A stretch of DNA of 64,000 nucleotides from Candidatus Saccharimonadota bacterium (GCA_027371845.1 DAHXLD010000010.1:9438-73437); one strand, 5' to 3'. Shown: positions 1-10,560, counted from the first letter of the stretch. Numbers and translations: made by a program. Notes: generated by a model from the letters alone, not told the origin.

Positions 1-722
1 GGTCTAAAATAGAGCTTTTTATTCAATGTCCTAGATGTTTTTGGTTAGACGCCAGAATGGGTATTAAAAGGCCAAATGGTCCGCCTTTTAGTTTAAACAA
101 AGCTGTTGATGAGTTGTTTAAGAAAGAATTTGACTCTTTTAGAATAAAATCACAACCTCATCCTATAATGGTTGAGAATAATATTAAAGCGATTCCTTTT
201 AGCCATAAAGATTTAGATAAATGGAGAGAAAATTTTATCGGCGTCGGATACTTAGATGAAGCTACTAACTTATTTATATTTGGGGCGGTCGACGATTTAT
301 GGATAAATGAAAAAGAAGAACTAATAGTCGTTGATTATAAGGCTACCTCAAAATCTTCTGATATTAATATTGATGCAGATTGGCAGAATAGTTACAAAAG
401 ACAGGTTGAAGTTTATCAATGGTTATTACAAAAGAACGGATTTAAGGTTAACAATAAGGCTGTATTTATATACACCAATGCTTTAGTAGATCCAGAGGGC
501 TTTAACGACAGATTAGAGTTTAAAACGAAGTTAATCGAATATGATGGGGATAATAGTTGGGTCGATAAAGCTATTTTAGATATAAAAGAATGCTTAGAGG
601 GCAATATCCCAAATGTTGGAAAAGCTGCTATGGGTGGGACTTGTGATTTTTGTGAATACGCTCGAAAAAGAACCGAAATGACATTACAATCTCTTCCCAA
701 AAGAAAAGATAAGAAGGTATAA
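1..722 (+). CDS. PD-(D/E)XK (RecB/Cas4-like) nuclease family protein, 5' end outside window
   Basis: The frame is open from nt 3 (SKIELFIQCPRCFWLDAR precedes the listed Met at 57), so the gene starts upstream. GAVDDL..LIVVDYKAT gives a D..(D/E)xK core followed by QVEVYQWL. CPRC on the N side and CDFC near the C terminus suggest a 4-Cys metal or Fe-S site. Confidence 0.55.
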   Translation, partial: SKIELFIQCPRCFWLDARMGIKRPNGPPFSLNKAVDELFKKEFDSFRIKSQPHPIMVENNIKAIPFSHKDLDKWRENFIGVGYLDEATNLFIFGAVDDLWINEKEELIVVDYKATSKSSDINIDADWQNSYKRQVEVYQWLLQKNGFKVNNKAVFIYTNALVDPEGFNDRLEFKTKLIEYDGDNSWVDKAILDIKECLEGNIPNVGKAAMGGTCDFCEYARKRTEMTLQSLPKRKDKKV

Positions 723-723
723 T
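718..723 (+). promoter_or_regulatory. -10 hexamer TATAAT 7 nt upstream of serS ATG (leaderless-type geometry)
   Basis: TATAAT at 718-723 overlaps the upstream stop codon. ATG is at 731 and there is no SD in the 7-nt gap. Confidence 0.45.
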
Positions 724-730
724 CTAATTC

Positions 731-2029
731 ATGATAGATCTAAACTTAATAAGAAAAAATCCTAAGGAAGTTCAAGATAAGGCTCAATCTAAAGGTTATG
801 AGATTAATACTGGACTCATTATTGAAACCGATAATAAACACTTATCTTTGATTAAGGAAGTTGAGAATCTAAGGGAAGAGCGCAATCAACTTAGCGGGAT
901 CGGGAAAAATACCAAACCTGACATAGAGACTATAGAAAAAGCTAAAAATCTTAAATCGACCCTACGTTCTAAAGAAGAAGAATTGGCTAATATCGCCAAA
1001 GAATTAAATACCTTATTGTTAAAAGTTCCGAATATGCCTCTTGATGAGGTGCCTTTTGGGAAAGACGAATCCGAGAATTATGTGTCTAAAAGTGTTGGTG
1101 AAATTCCAGTGTTTGATTTTGATATTAAAAATCATGCTGAAATTGCCGAGAGTAAAGATTGGCTTGATAAAAAAAGAGCCGCCAAAATAGCGGGGAGCAG
1201 ATTTAATTATATAAAAGGCCCACTAGTAAGTCTTCAATTTGCTATCATTCAGTATGTATTAGATGTTTTAACTAAAGAAGAAGTTATAGCTAAAATTGTT
1301 TCTGATAATAATTTAAATATATCATCTAAAGCATTTGTCCCGGTAATACCGCCTGCTCTTATAAAAACGGATGTATACGAAGCTTCTGGGAGGCTTGATG
1401 CCGAAGAAGTAACCTACAAGATTGATCAAGACGAACTATGGTTAAATGCTAGTGCTGAACACAGCTTGTGTACGATGTATAAAGATGAAATAATTTCCGA
1501 AGATGATCTACCCATAAGATATATTGGTTATAGTACTTCCTTTAGGAGGGAAGCCGGGACTTACGGTAAAGACACTGAGGGCTTATTTAGAAGCCATCAA
1601 TTTGATAAGCTTGAAATGGAAGTATTTAGTTTACCCGAAAACGGTTATCAAGAACACCTATTACTTATTGCAATAGAAGAATATTTAATGCAATCCCTAA
1701 AAATACCATACCAAGTTTTAATGAAGTGTACGGCTGATATAGGGTTTCCAAACGCTAGGGGGGTGGATATTGAAGCTTGGCTCCCGGCTCAAAACAAATA
1801 TCGAGAGACTCATTCAGCAGATTATATAACAGACTTTCAGGCCCGTAGGCTGAAGACTAGATTTAAAAAGAAAAACGGCGACATAGGATTTGTCCACACT
1901 AACGATGCAACCGCTTTTGCTTTAAGTAGAGCTCCAATTGCAATTATTGAAAATTATCAACAGAAAGACGGGAGCGTATTAATCCCAGACGTCTTGCAGA
2001 CTTATATGGGAAATAAAAAAGTACTATAA
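731..2029 (+). CDS. serS: seryl-tRNA synthetase
   Basis: 432 aa. N-terminal coiled-coil arm (MIDLNLIRKNPKEV) and class II core (FRREAGTYGKDTEGLFRSHQFDKLE, TNDATAFALSRAPIAIIEN). Confidence 0.93.
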   Translation: MIDLNLIRKNPKEVQDKAQSKGYEINTGLIIETDNKHLSLIKEVENLREERNQLSGIGKNTKPDIETIEKAKNLKSTLRSKEEELANIAKELNTLLLKVPNMPLDEVPFGKDESENYVSKSVGEIPVFDFDIKNHAEIAESKDWLDKKRAAKIAGSRFNYIKGPLVSLQFAIIQYVLDVLTKEEVIAKIVSDNNLNISSKAFVPVIPPALIKTDVYEASGRLDAEEVTYKIDQDELWLNASAEHSLCTMYKDEIISEDDLPIRYIGYSTSFRREAGTYGKDTEGLFRSHQFDKLEMEVFSLPENGYQEHLLLIAIEEYLMQSLKIPYQVLMKCTADIGFPNARGVDIEAWLPAQNKYRETHSADYITDFQARRLKTRFKKKNGDIGFVHTNDATAFALSRAPIAIIENYQQKDGSVLIPDVLQTYMGNKKVL

Positions 2030-2063
2030 TAATCTAAGAGAATAAATTCAAATAAAGGAAGCC

Positions 2064-2426
2064 ATGTTACAAAAAATAGATATTCAAGGAGTGCACTTAA
2101 AAATTGATGAAAAAACTCATAGATATGTTTTAAAAAAGTTGGGCCATATAGATAAATATTTGCCTTCAGCTGTCAAAGAATCAGCTCATGCCGAGATTCA
2201 ATTAAAAGAGTCTAAATCTAAAAGCACCAATAAGTATACTTGTGAAATTACTCTTTATCTTCCTAAGGAAACAATTAACATAAAAGAGTCGACTATTAAT
2301 ATGTTTGCCGCTATAGATATAGTAGAGAGCAAAGTTATTCAAAAGATACATCAATATAAAGACTTGCATCATAGTGGTAAATTTCATCGTAGATTAATGG
2401 CCAGATTTAGAAGTCGTCAATCTTAA
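2064..2426 (+). CDS. hpf: ribosome hibernation promoting factor (short HPF/RaiA type)
   Basis: 120 aa, S30AE-like (MLQKIDIQGVHLKIDEKTHRYVLKKLGHIDKYL). SD AGGAAG lies upstream. It sits directly upstream of secA. Confidence 0.8.
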   Translation: MLQKIDIQGVHLKIDEKTHRYVLKKLGHIDKYLPSAVKESAHAEIQLKESKSKSTNKYTCEITLYLPKETINIKESTINMFAAIDIVESKVIQKIHQYKDLHHSGKFHRRLMARFRSRQS

Positions 2427-2513
2427 AAAATTATTCGATTTTATATAATTTTTTGGCTATACTATAAGATAAAGTAGAAAGGGTATTAAACAGAAAGCTT
2501 CTGATTTTTATAT

Positions 2514-5120
2514 ATGAATATAGTTTTTAAAAAAATTCTTGGCGATCCTCAAGCAAAACATATTAAAAGATTGAGAAAAAAGGTAGATGCTATTAATGCC
2601 TTAGCTTTAAAATATCAAAAATTAAGTCCGAAACAACTTCAAGCTCAAACAGACATTTTAAAGAAAAGATTAAAAAAGGAAACATTAGACGATATTCTTC
2701 CCGATGCTTTTGCGGTCGTAAGGGAGGCCGCTAATCTAACCTTGAAACAAAGGCATTTTGATGTTCAGTTAATTGGAGGAATTGTTCTACACGAGGGTAA
2801 TGTTGCTGAAATGAAGACGGGTGAGGGTAAAACTCTTGTAGCTACGCTTCCGGTATACCTTAATGCTTTATCTGGCAAGGGAGTGCATGTTGTTACGGTA
2901 AACGAATATTTAGCTCAAAGAGATGCTGGGTGGATGGGACAGGTTTATCACTTTTTGGGGCTTACTACGGGAGTTATAGTCGCCGAACAGAGCTATATTT
3001 ATGATCCAAGCTTTACAAATAATGACCATCAAGATGAGCGTTTTCATCATTTAAGATCTTGTACAAGACAAGAAGCCTATAAAGCCGACATAACCTATGG
3101 GACTAACAATGAGTTCGGTTTTGACTACTTAAGAGACAATATGGTTAGAGAAGTTGATCAATTAAGACAAAGAGATCTTAATTATGCAATCGTCGACGAA
3201 GTGGATTCAATCCTAATAGATGAGGCCCGAACCCCTTTGATTATTAGTTCTCCGAGCGCTACTAGTGGTTCTAGCTACGCTCAATTTTCAAAAATTGTCA
3301 GGCAACTTAATAAAGATAAGGATTTTGAAACAGATGAGAAACGAAAGACTGTCATTCTAACTGATTCTGGTGTAGAGAAGATTGAAAAAATCTTAAATAT
3401 TGATAATCTTTATGGATCTGAGAATATTCGAACCATCTATCATTTACAACAAGCCTTAAGGGCTCATGCTTTATTTCATAAAGATAAAGATTATGTGATT
3501 ACTAAGGATGGAGAAGTAGTTATTGTCGACGAGTTTACTGGGCGTTTGTTGGCGGGAAGAAGATATAGCGAAGGTCTTCATCAGGCTCTTGAAGCTAAAG
3601 AAGGAGTTGAAGTTCAAGAAGAGAGTATGACTCTTGCTACCATATCTTTCCAAAATTACTTCAGACTTTATGACAAATTATCTGGTATGACTGGTACCGC
3701 CATGACTGAGAGCGAAGAATTTCATCAGATTTATAAACTTGATGTAATCGAAATTCCGCCAAATAAAAATATTATCAGGTCCGATAGGCCAGACCGAATA
3801 TATAAAAGTGAAGTTGGTAAATTCAAAGCGATTGTAAGAGAAATTCAAACCTTGCGAACCAAGGGTCAGCCTGTTTTGATCGGTACTGCTTCAATTGAAA
3901 AAAATGATTTGTTAGCTAGATTATTAACCAAGGCTAATATTCCTCATGAAGTATTAAACGCCAAGAATAACGAGAAAGAAGCAGCCATTATAGCTAAAGC
4001 TGGTAAAAAAGGATCAGTTACTTTAGCTACCAATATTGCTGGTAGAGGAACCGATATAGTTTTGGAAGAGGGCGTTAAAGAATTAGGTGGCCTTTTTGTT
4101 CTAGGAAGCGAAAGACACGAATCAAGAAGGATAGACAATCAGCTCAGAGGGCGTTCCGGTAGACAGGGTGACCCTGGTATTACTCAATTTTTTGTAAGCA
4201 CTGAAGATGATCTTATGCGAATATTCGGAGGTGAAAGAATTGCTTCAGTGATGTCGACCCTAAAAGTAGCAGACGATACGCCGATAGAAAATCGTATGAT
4301 ATCTAGATCTCTTGAAGCTGCTCAAAAAAGAGTAGAAGGGTATAACTTTGACCAACGCAAGAACGTTGTTCAGTACGATGATGTCATGAATCGTCATAGA
4401 AAAGCTACTTATGCTATGCGGAAAGACATTCTAAAATCAGAAGATATAAGTAAAAGAATAAACATTTTTATAGAAGAACAAGCTGCTCTATTTGCCCATT
4501 CGCCAGAAATAACTTCAGATAACTTTGAGGACATGATTAAAGAGGTATATCCATTTAGTGACCAAACCCTAGACAAACTATTTGATTCTAATGCCGAGAT
4601 GTTTGAAAAAGTTTTATTAGAAGAATCCAGAAAACTTTATAAGAAAAAAGAGACTCTTTTTGGAATTGAAGTTATGCATAAAATGGTGGAGCGAGGAATT
4701 TATCTTCAAGTTCTAGATGCTTTGTGGATGCAGCATCTTGAAAATATGGATCATCTTAGAGAAGGAATACATTGGATGAGCGTGGGCCAACAAGATCCTT
4801 TAGTTGAATATAGAAAAAGAGGTCAATTATTATTTGAAGCTATGCAAAATGAATTACGTTATGAGGTTCTAAGAACTCTTTATCATGCTGAGCCAGTTTC
4901 TGAAGATCAATTAGATCAATCAATGGAAACGGATCTAACCTTAGCCGCTAGGGGTTCGGTAGAAAATGCCAATCAAATAGTTGATAATCAATCAGAGTTT
5001 AACGAAACAGACTTTAAAGCCAGTAATGCTAAACCGGCTAAAAAGAGAACCAATACTATTAAAAAGGCTCGGAAGAACGAGCGTAAACGTAAAACGGTCG
5101 CTAAAAGACGTAAAAGGTAA
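2514..5120 (+). CDS. secA: preprotein translocase ATPase SecA
   Basis: 868 aa. MKTGEGKTLVATLP Walker A, DEVDSILIDEARTPLIIS DEAD-like box, TNIAGRGTDI, RIDNQLRGRSGRQGDPG. Basic C-terminal tail without the Zn-binding Cys motif. Confidence 0.97.
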   Translation: MNIVFKKILGDPQAKHIKRLRKKVDAINALALKYQKLSPKQLQAQTDILKKRLKKETLDDILPDAFAVVREAANLTLKQRHFDVQLIGGIVLHEGNVAEMKTGEGKTLVATLPVYLNALSGKGVHVVTVNEYLAQRDAGWMGQVYHFLGLTTGVIVAEQSYIYDPSFTNNDHQDERFHHLRSCTRQEAYKADITYGTNNEFGFDYLRDNMVREVDQLRQRDLNYAIVDEVDSILIDEARTPLIISSPSATSGSSYAQFSKIVRQLNKDKDFETDEKRKTVILTDSGVEKIEKILNIDNLYGSENIRTIYHLQQALRAHALFHKDKDYVITKDGEVVIVDEFTGRLLAGRRYSEGLHQALEAKEGVEVQEESMTLATISFQNYFRLYDKLSGMTGTAMTESEEFHQIYKLDVIEIPPNKNIIRSDRPDRIYKSEVGKFKAIVREIQTLRTKGQPVLIGTASIEKNDLLARLLTKANIPHEVLNAKNNEKEAAIIAKAGKKGSVTLATNIAGRGTDIVLEEGVKELGGLFVLGSERHESRRIDNQLRGRSGRQGDPGITQFFVSTEDDLMRIFGGERIASVMSTLKVADDTPIENRMISRSLEAAQKRVEGYNFDQRKNVVQYDDVMNRHRKATYAMRKDILKSEDISKRINIFIEEQAALFAHSPEITSDNFEDMIKEVYPFSDQTLDKLFDSNAEMFEKVLLEESRKLYKKKETLFGIEVMHKMVERGIYLQVLDALWMQHLENMDHLREGIHWMSVGQQDPLVEYRKRGQLLFEAMQNELRYEVLRTLYHAEPVSEDQLDQSMETDLTLAARGSVENANQIVDNQSEFNETDFKASNAKPAKKRTNTIKKARKNERKRKTVAKRRKR

Positions 5121-5122
5121 TC

Positions 5123-6409
5123 ATGAAACATACTGTTAAAGAATTAGCGCTTAAAAATGGGGCTAAAGGTTTAGTTATTAATGTTCCAGATGCCTTGGTG
5201 ATGACATTCAATCTTAATTTCAGAGCCGGCGAATACCTGGTGTCAAAGAATAAATGGGAGATTCCTCACTTAATGGAGCATGTTTTACTTGGAGCTAATG
5301 AGTTAATTCCAAAAGCGAGAGATTTTCATGCTGAATTAGAGAAGAATGGGGCATATAGTAACGCATCTACTGGTATTTACGATATTGAATATGAAGCCGA
5401 ATGTGCCGATTTTGAATGGGATAGGGTTTTAGATTTAATGATAATTGCAATTTCAAAACCTTTATTCTTAGAGGATGAATATAGGGCTGAATTTGGTAAC
5501 GTGAAGGAAGAGTTAGCGGCTAGATCTAATAATCATTTCCGAAGATTAAGTTTAGAGATGCGAAAAGCTATAGGATTTATAGCTAAAACTGATCAAGAGC
5601 GCATTAAACTTATGGATAACCTCAAAATAGAAGACCTAGTAGCTCATTATAAAAAAACTCACATGACTTCAAATTTGAGATTTGTTATAGCTGGCAAAAT
5701 TAATAATAAAAGACTTAATGAAATGATTGAAAAAATTGAGAACATCGAATTACCTAAAGGCAAAAAGAGATTTAATCTCCCCTCAGAAAAATTAAACATA
5801 CCTCCAAAACCAATCTTTATAGTTAATAAAACCATAAATAACGTCTATTTTTATCTCGATACGTTTCTTGAAAGAAGGTTAGATACTTTAGAAACAGATT
5901 CCCTAAGCCTTTTAAATACTTATTTAACAGAGACTTTACATTCAAAAATTATGGGGACGGCTCGAGAGAGAGGTTTACTATATGACATGAGTTCTGGAAT
6001 ATCTTATTCCAGAGATGTTACTAATTGGTGGTTTGGGGCTCAACTGTCTGAGGAAAATCTTAAGCTTTTAATTGACATAATAATAACTGAAATATCAAAA
6101 GTTAGAAGGGGTGGTATTAACCTTGACGACATAGAAGCCACTAAGCAATACCTCATTGGAAGATTCCAAAGATCCGCTCAAACTGTTATGGGGACGGCAA
6201 TGGGTTATTTGTCTAGATATTTTTTTGACGAGGTAATAGACGATTATTATAAAATACCCGAACGAATTACTAATATATCCAAAAAGGATATTGTTGACGT
6301 TGCAAATGCTATGTTTGAAAATCAAAAATGGTATTATGGGGCTCTCGGTAATAGTTCTATGAAAGAGATTGAGGCAACTAATCGCCAAATTTCAGTACTT
6401 TGGAATTAA
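5123..6409 (+). CDS. M16 (pitrilysin/insulinase) family zinc peptidase
   Basis: 428 aa. Inverted zincin motif HxxEH (IPHLMEHVLLG) in the N-terminal domain, with two-domain M16 length. Confidence 0.75.
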   Translation: MKHTVKELALKNGAKGLVINVPDALVMTFNLNFRAGEYLVSKNKWEIPHLMEHVLLGANELIPKARDFHAELEKNGAYSNASTGIYDIEYEAECADFEWDRVLDLMIIAISKPLFLEDEYRAEFGNVKEELAARSNNHFRRLSLEMRKAIGFIAKTDQERIKLMDNLKIEDLVAHYKKTHMTSNLRFVIAGKINNKRLNEMIEKIENIELPKGKKRFNLPSEKLNIPPKPIFIVNKTINNVYFYLDTFLERRLDTLETDSLSLLNTYLTETLHSKIMGTARERGLLYDMSSGISYSRDVTNWWFGAQLSEENLKLLIDIIITEISKVRRGGINLDDIEATKQYLIGRFQRSAQTVMGTAMGYLSRYFFDEVIDDYYKIPERITNISKKDIVDVANAMFENQKWYYGALGNSSMKEIEATNRQISVLWN

Positions 6410-6410
6410 G

Positions 6411-7502
6411 ATGGAAGATTTAACTAAAAGAGTAAATTTTTTACAAGCTCAAATAAATGAATATTTTAATAACCCTAATGTTATTAAAAAGAAAAAAAAC
6501 GTCGATATTTTAAAAAAAGAATCTGAAAATTCAAGATTCTGGGAAAACTCAATTCAAGCTCAGCAAAAAATGAAAAAACTGGCTAGTTTAGAAGATCAAA
6601 TTAACCCTTGGTCTGATATTCTAAAGGAGGCTACTATTATTAAGGAACTCCTAGAATTAAAAGACGATACTTTAAAATCAGAGTTGTCTGAAAAGCTAGA
6701 TCAGATACAGTCTAAGATTGAATCTTTAAAAATAGAACTGAAATACAATGGAGAATTTGATTCTAATGATGCAATAGTTAGCATATATGCTGGCGCGGGC
6801 GGAACTGATGCTCAAGACTGGACGCAGATGTTATTCAGAATGTATTCTAGGTGGGTTGAAAAGTCCAAATATGGTATTAAAATCATTGATCAGAATGTTG
6901 GTGAAGAGGCTGGATTAAAAAGCATTACGTTTGAAGTTTTTGGAAGCAATATCTACGGTAAATTAAAAGGGGAGGCGGGAGTTCATAGATTAGTTCGTTT
7001 AAGCCCCTTTAATGCTGATAACTTAAGGCAAACAAGCTTTGCAAAAGTTGAAGTTATACCTCAAATTAGTTTTGATAAAAAATTAGATTTAGATGATAAA
7101 GATTTAAAGATAGATGTTTTTAGGGCAGGAGGTCATGGTGGTCAGTCTGTTAATACAACTGATTCGGCGGTTAGGGTAACTCATATTCCTTCTGGAATTA
7201 GCGTATCAATCCAAAACGAAAGATCTCAAGTCCAGAATAAAGAAGTAGCTTTGTCTATCTTAAAATCTAAATTATTATCACTTTCATTAGAGCAACACGT
7301 TAAAAAGCTTTCAGATATAAGGGGACCGTCTCAATCGGCAGAATGGGGAAATCAAATTAGATCCTATGTTCTTCACCCCTATAAGCAAGTTAAAGACTTA
7401 AGAACTAGTTATCTAAGCAGTGATCCAGATAAGGTTCTAGATGGTGGTATTGATGGTTTTATTGAGGCTTATTTAAATTATGCTATTAAAGCAAAATTAT
7501 AG
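6411..7502 (+). CDS. prfB: peptide chain release factor 2
   Basis: SPF motif (LVRLSPFNADN) and GGQ (GGHGGQSVNTTDSAVR). Start placed at ATG 6411 (MEDLTKRVNF), 1 nt after the upstream stop, rather than the overlapping ATG 6369. The frame is single and uninterrupted, with no +1 frameshift site. Confidence 0.93.
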   Translation: MEDLTKRVNFLQAQINEYFNNPNVIKKKKNVDILKKESENSRFWENSIQAQQKMKKLASLEDQINPWSDILKEATIIKELLELKDDTLKSELSEKLDQIQSKIESLKIELKYNGEFDSNDAIVSIYAGAGGTDAQDWTQMLFRMYSRWVEKSKYGIKIIDQNVGEEAGLKSITFEVFGSNIYGKLKGEAGVHRLVRLSPFNADNLRQTSFAKVEVIPQISFDKKLDLDDKDLKIDVFRAGGHGGQSVNTTDSAVRVTHIPSGISVSIQNERSQVQNKEVALSILKSKLLSLSLEQHVKKLSDIRGPSQSAEWGNQIRSYVLHPYKQVKDLRTSYLSSDPDKVLDGGIDGFIEAYLNYAIKAKL

Positions 7503-7511
7503 AAAATACAT

Positions 7512-7517
7512 TATAAT
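7512..7517 (+). promoter_or_regulatory. -10 hexamer TATAAT 7 nt upstream of ftsE ATG (leaderless-type geometry)
   Basis: TATAAT at 7512-7517, ATG at 7525, no SD between them. Confidence 0.45.
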
Positions 7518-7524
7518 ATAACCA

Positions 7525-8208
7525 ATGATATTATTGGACAGGGTAACAAAGACTTATTCTAAAGCAATGGGTCCGGCTTTAAACCGGATCAGTATTCACG
7601 TTGAGCCAAAAGAATTTGTGATAGTTGTTGGACAAAGTGGTGCCGGTAAAACTACCTTGCTTAGACTCTTAACAAGAGAAGAAAGACCAACTTCCGGAAA
7701 AATTATAATTGGCGGAATTGATTATGATAAACTTAAAGATAAAGATATTCCAATGCTTAGAAGAAAAATAGGTGTGGTTTTTCAGGATTTTAAATTATTA
7801 CCTAATAAGAATGTTTTTGAGAATGTGGCTTTTGCCCTGGAGCTTGTTGGAGCTAGTCGAAAAGAGATTAAGAATACTGTTCCAAAAGTTTTAGACATCG
7901 TTAATCTAAAAGGTAAGGAAAAAAATATGCCCCAAGAACTTAGCGGAGGAGAGAGACAAAGGGTTGCTATAGCTCGAGCGATTGTCCGTCAACCAAAGAT
8001 TCTAATAGCTGATGAGCCTACCGGCAATTTAGACCCTAAACACGCCTGGGATGTAATCAGAGTTCTTGAGAAGATTAATAGATATGGGACAACCGTATTG
8101 CTAACAACACATAACGTTGAAATCGTAAACAAACTAAAGAGAAGAGTAGTTTCACTAAAATCCGGAAGAGTTATCTCAGATCGAGCCAATTCAAACTACA
8201 GGATATAA
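7525..8208 (+). CDS. ftsE: cell division ABC ATPase FtsE
   Basis: 227 aa. GQSGAGKTTLL Walker A, LSGGERQRVAIARA signature, ILIADEPTGNLD Walker B. Followed by ftsX. Confidence 0.92.
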   Translation: MILLDRVTKTYSKAMGPALNRISIHVEPKEFVIVVGQSGAGKTTLLRLLTREERPTSGKIIIGGIDYDKLKDKDIPMLRRKIGVVFQDFKLLPNKNVFENVAFALELVGASRKEIKNTVPKVLDIVNLKGKEKNMPQELSGGERQRVAIARAIVRQPKILIADEPTGNLDPKHAWDVIRVLEKINRYGTTVLLTTHNVEIVNKLKRRVVSLKSGRVISDRANSNYRI

Positions 8209-8243
8209 ATGAATACAATATTTATTCAAAATCAGGGTATTTT

Positions 8244-9188
8244 ATGAAAAGATTAATTATAAATTTTTTTAGAATTCTACAGACTGGCACAGTTAATTTT
8301 ATGAGGAATATCTCGATATCTTTAGCGGCTATTTCGGTGATGGTCGTTACTTTAAGTGTTGTCCTTCTTTCTCTAGTAATCAGCGCAACTTTTTCAAATA
8401 CTATAAACCAAATAACAAATAAGATAGACATATCGGTTTATTTAAAGGACAGTGTTACTTTATCCCAGACTGATACTTTTATAAAAGAACTTAAGGCTTT
8501 ACCTAACGTCAAAAGCGTTCAATATTTGAATAAACAAGAAGTTTTGAGGCAATATGAGGCTCAGAATGCTTCAAATCAGCAGTTATCTCTAGCTATTAAC
8601 GAAACATCTAACCCTCTTCCGGCTACTATTCACATTAGAGCCTATGATTTAAATAAGATTAACGGGATTAAAAACTTTTTAGATAAACCGGCTATTAATA
8701 ATCTTCAATCTAATCAACCGTCTTATTCTGGTAGTTTGAAGACGGCGATTAATAACATTGCTCATGCTACAGATGTTTTAAGAAAGCTGGGAGTTGTGGC
8801 CATTGTGGTTTTTGCCTTTATTTCAGCGCTTATAATCTTCAATACTATTAGGATGGCTATTTTTAATCGAAGAGATGAAATTCAGATTATGCGTTTATTA
8901 GGAGCTAGTACCGCTTACATTAGGGGTCCTTTTATAGTTGAGAGTGCAATTTATGGAATCTTGTCGGCCGTTTTTTCGGTTATAATTATAAACTCTGTAT
9001 TTGTAACAGCTAGTTCCACTCTTCAGGCATCTACCTTAGGTTTGTTGGATATAAACTATGCTACAGATTATTTTGATCACCATTTTTGGCTATTTCTTGC
9101 GATGCAAATTCTTATCGGTATCATTATCGGGGCCTTTTCGGCTTATATAGCGACAAGAAGATATTTAAGGTTCAAAATTAAAGCTTAA
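8244..9188 (+). CDS. ftsX: cell division permease-like protein FtsX
   Basis: 314 aa. TM1, a large extracytoplasmic loop, then three C-terminal TM helices (FtsX topology), directly after ftsE. Confidence 0.88.
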   Translation: MKRLIINFFRILQTGTVNFMRNISISLAAISVMVVTLSVVLLSLVISATFSNTINQITNKIDISVYLKDSVTLSQTDTFIKELKALPNVKSVQYLNKQEVLRQYEAQNASNQQLSLAINETSNPLPATIHIRAYDLNKINGIKNFLDKPAINNLQSNQPSYSGSLKTAINNIAHATDVLRKLGVVAIVVFAFISALIIFNTIRMAIFNRRDEIQIMRLLGASTAYIRGPFIVESAIYGILSAVFSVIIINSVFVTASSTLQASTLGLLDINYATDYFDHHFWLFLAMQILIGIIIGAFSAYIATRRYLRFKIKA

Positions 9189-9222
9189 TAAAATTAATAA
9201 TTGTATATTTTGGGGTTTTTTT

Positions 9223-10560
9223 ATGTTATTTAATCAATTTAAGGTCTTTACATCGGTAAAACGTGAGAATATAATAAAAGGGCATAAACAAAAGACAAAA
9301 ATGCTCAAAATCAAAAGTCAAAAATCATTTAAACGCTATTTAAGGTCGACTCCGGTATTAATAACCGTAAGTGTATTAATAATGTTTATGGTTTTTACCC
9401 ATGGATTTGGGATATTGGCAGCATCTTGTAGTTCGGTTACAGACTGCCAGCAACAAATTAATAATCTAAATAATGCCAATAACTCCGTTAATCAACAAAT
9501 TAGTAACCTTGAAGCTCAAGCAGGTAGTTACCAGGCATCGATATCGGCTCTTCAAGCTCAGGTTAGTAATTTACAATCCCAGATTTATTCTAACGAAGTT
9601 CAACAAACAAATGTTCAGAATCAAATCAACAGTGATCAACAAGAGATTTTAAACCAAAAATCGATACTTTCTAATGATATCAAGACACTTTATGAAAGCG
9701 GTCAAATAACCCCGATAGAAATGTTGGCAACTAGCAGTAGCATTAGTCAATATGTTGATCAACAAGAAGCTTATACGGCTGTCCAAAATAAAATACAAAG
9801 CACATTAACCGAAATTACAAGTTTGGAGCAGCAACTTCAGATTCAAAAAAATCAATTAGGTTTATTATTAAAATCACTGAATAATCAAGAAGCCCAAGTG
9901 GCTCAAGAACAGGCTGCTGAAAACAATTTGCTTGCCATGAATCAGTCTCAGCAAAGTACTTTTAATCAACAGATTCAGACCAATAAATCGGCATTAAACC
10001 AACTTTATGCTCAACAGGCCGCGATTATTGCTTCGTCATTTGGTGGGGGCTACCATTACGGTGGAACGGGAGGTTATCCATATAGTAATGCTTCTTGTTT
10101 AAACTATAACGGGAACTGTGGACCTTATGGAGGAGCTCCTTTCGGACCATATGCCTGGGGATATCCTCCCAACGATCAATATGATCCTTCTGGTTGGGCT
10201 TATCGAAACTGTACTAGTTATGCGTTTTGGAAGCTTTATCAAACAACGGGGATAGACTTAACTGCTTATAATTTTCCAGATGTTGCAAGTGGTGGGCAAG
10301 CCATTAAGTACTCAGTAATAGATTATAGTGGAGCTTTGAATGGTGATTTCGAACATATGGGCTATGCTGTTAATAAAGATCCAAATGGGAAAGCTGTTTT
10401 AGCCGTACAAACAGAAGGGCCCTATGGGCACATTATGTACGTTGAGGGTGTAGTTAATGGAAATGCGGTAGTTAGTCAGTATAATGCCAGTGAGAATGGG
10501 TTATACTCAACCGGAACGCTAACTAACTTGAGTGGAATCTATTTTATTCATATAGAATAA
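9223..10560 (+). CDS. secreted coiled-coil + CHAP domain peptidoglycan hydrolase (PcsB-like architecture)
   Basis: TM/signal segment (VLITVSVLIMFMVF), a Gln/Asn-rich coiled-coil region of about 230 aa, a Gly/Tyr-rich linker, and a C-terminal CHAP domain (Cys in YRNCTSYAFWK, His in GHIMYVEG). The start could instead be ATG 9301. Confidence 0.75.
   Translation: MLFNQFKVFTSVKRENIIKGHKQKTKMLKIKSQKSFKRYLRSTPVLITVSVLIMFMVFTHGFGILAASCSSVTDCQQQINNLNNANNSVNQQISNLEAQAGSYQASISALQAQVSNLQSQIYSNEVQQTNVQNQINSDQQEILNQKSILSNDIKTLYESGQITPIEMLATSSSISQYVDQQEAYTAVQNKIQSTLTEITSLEQQLQIQKNQLGLLLKSLNNQEAQVAQEQAAENNLLAMNQSQQSTFNQQIQTNKSALNQLYAQQAAIIASSFGGGYHYGGTGGYPYSNASCLNYNGNCGPYGGAPFGPYAWGYPPNDQYDPSGWAYRNCTSYAFWKLYQTTGIDLTAYNFPDVASGGQAIKYSVIDYSGALNGDFEHMGYAVNKDPNGKAVLAVQTEGPYGHIMYVEGVVNGNAVVSQYNASENGLYSTGTLTNLSGIYFIHIE

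Noticed and set aside
6369-6410. An upstream in-frame ATG for prfB, and a possible +1 programmed frameshift as in many bacterial prfB genes.
   Set aside because: The 6369 start overlaps the M16 peptidase gene by 41 nt and adds non-conserved residues, whereas ATG 6411 gives a normal RF2 N terminus. The whole RF2 is in one frame and no CTT TGA-type shift site is present.
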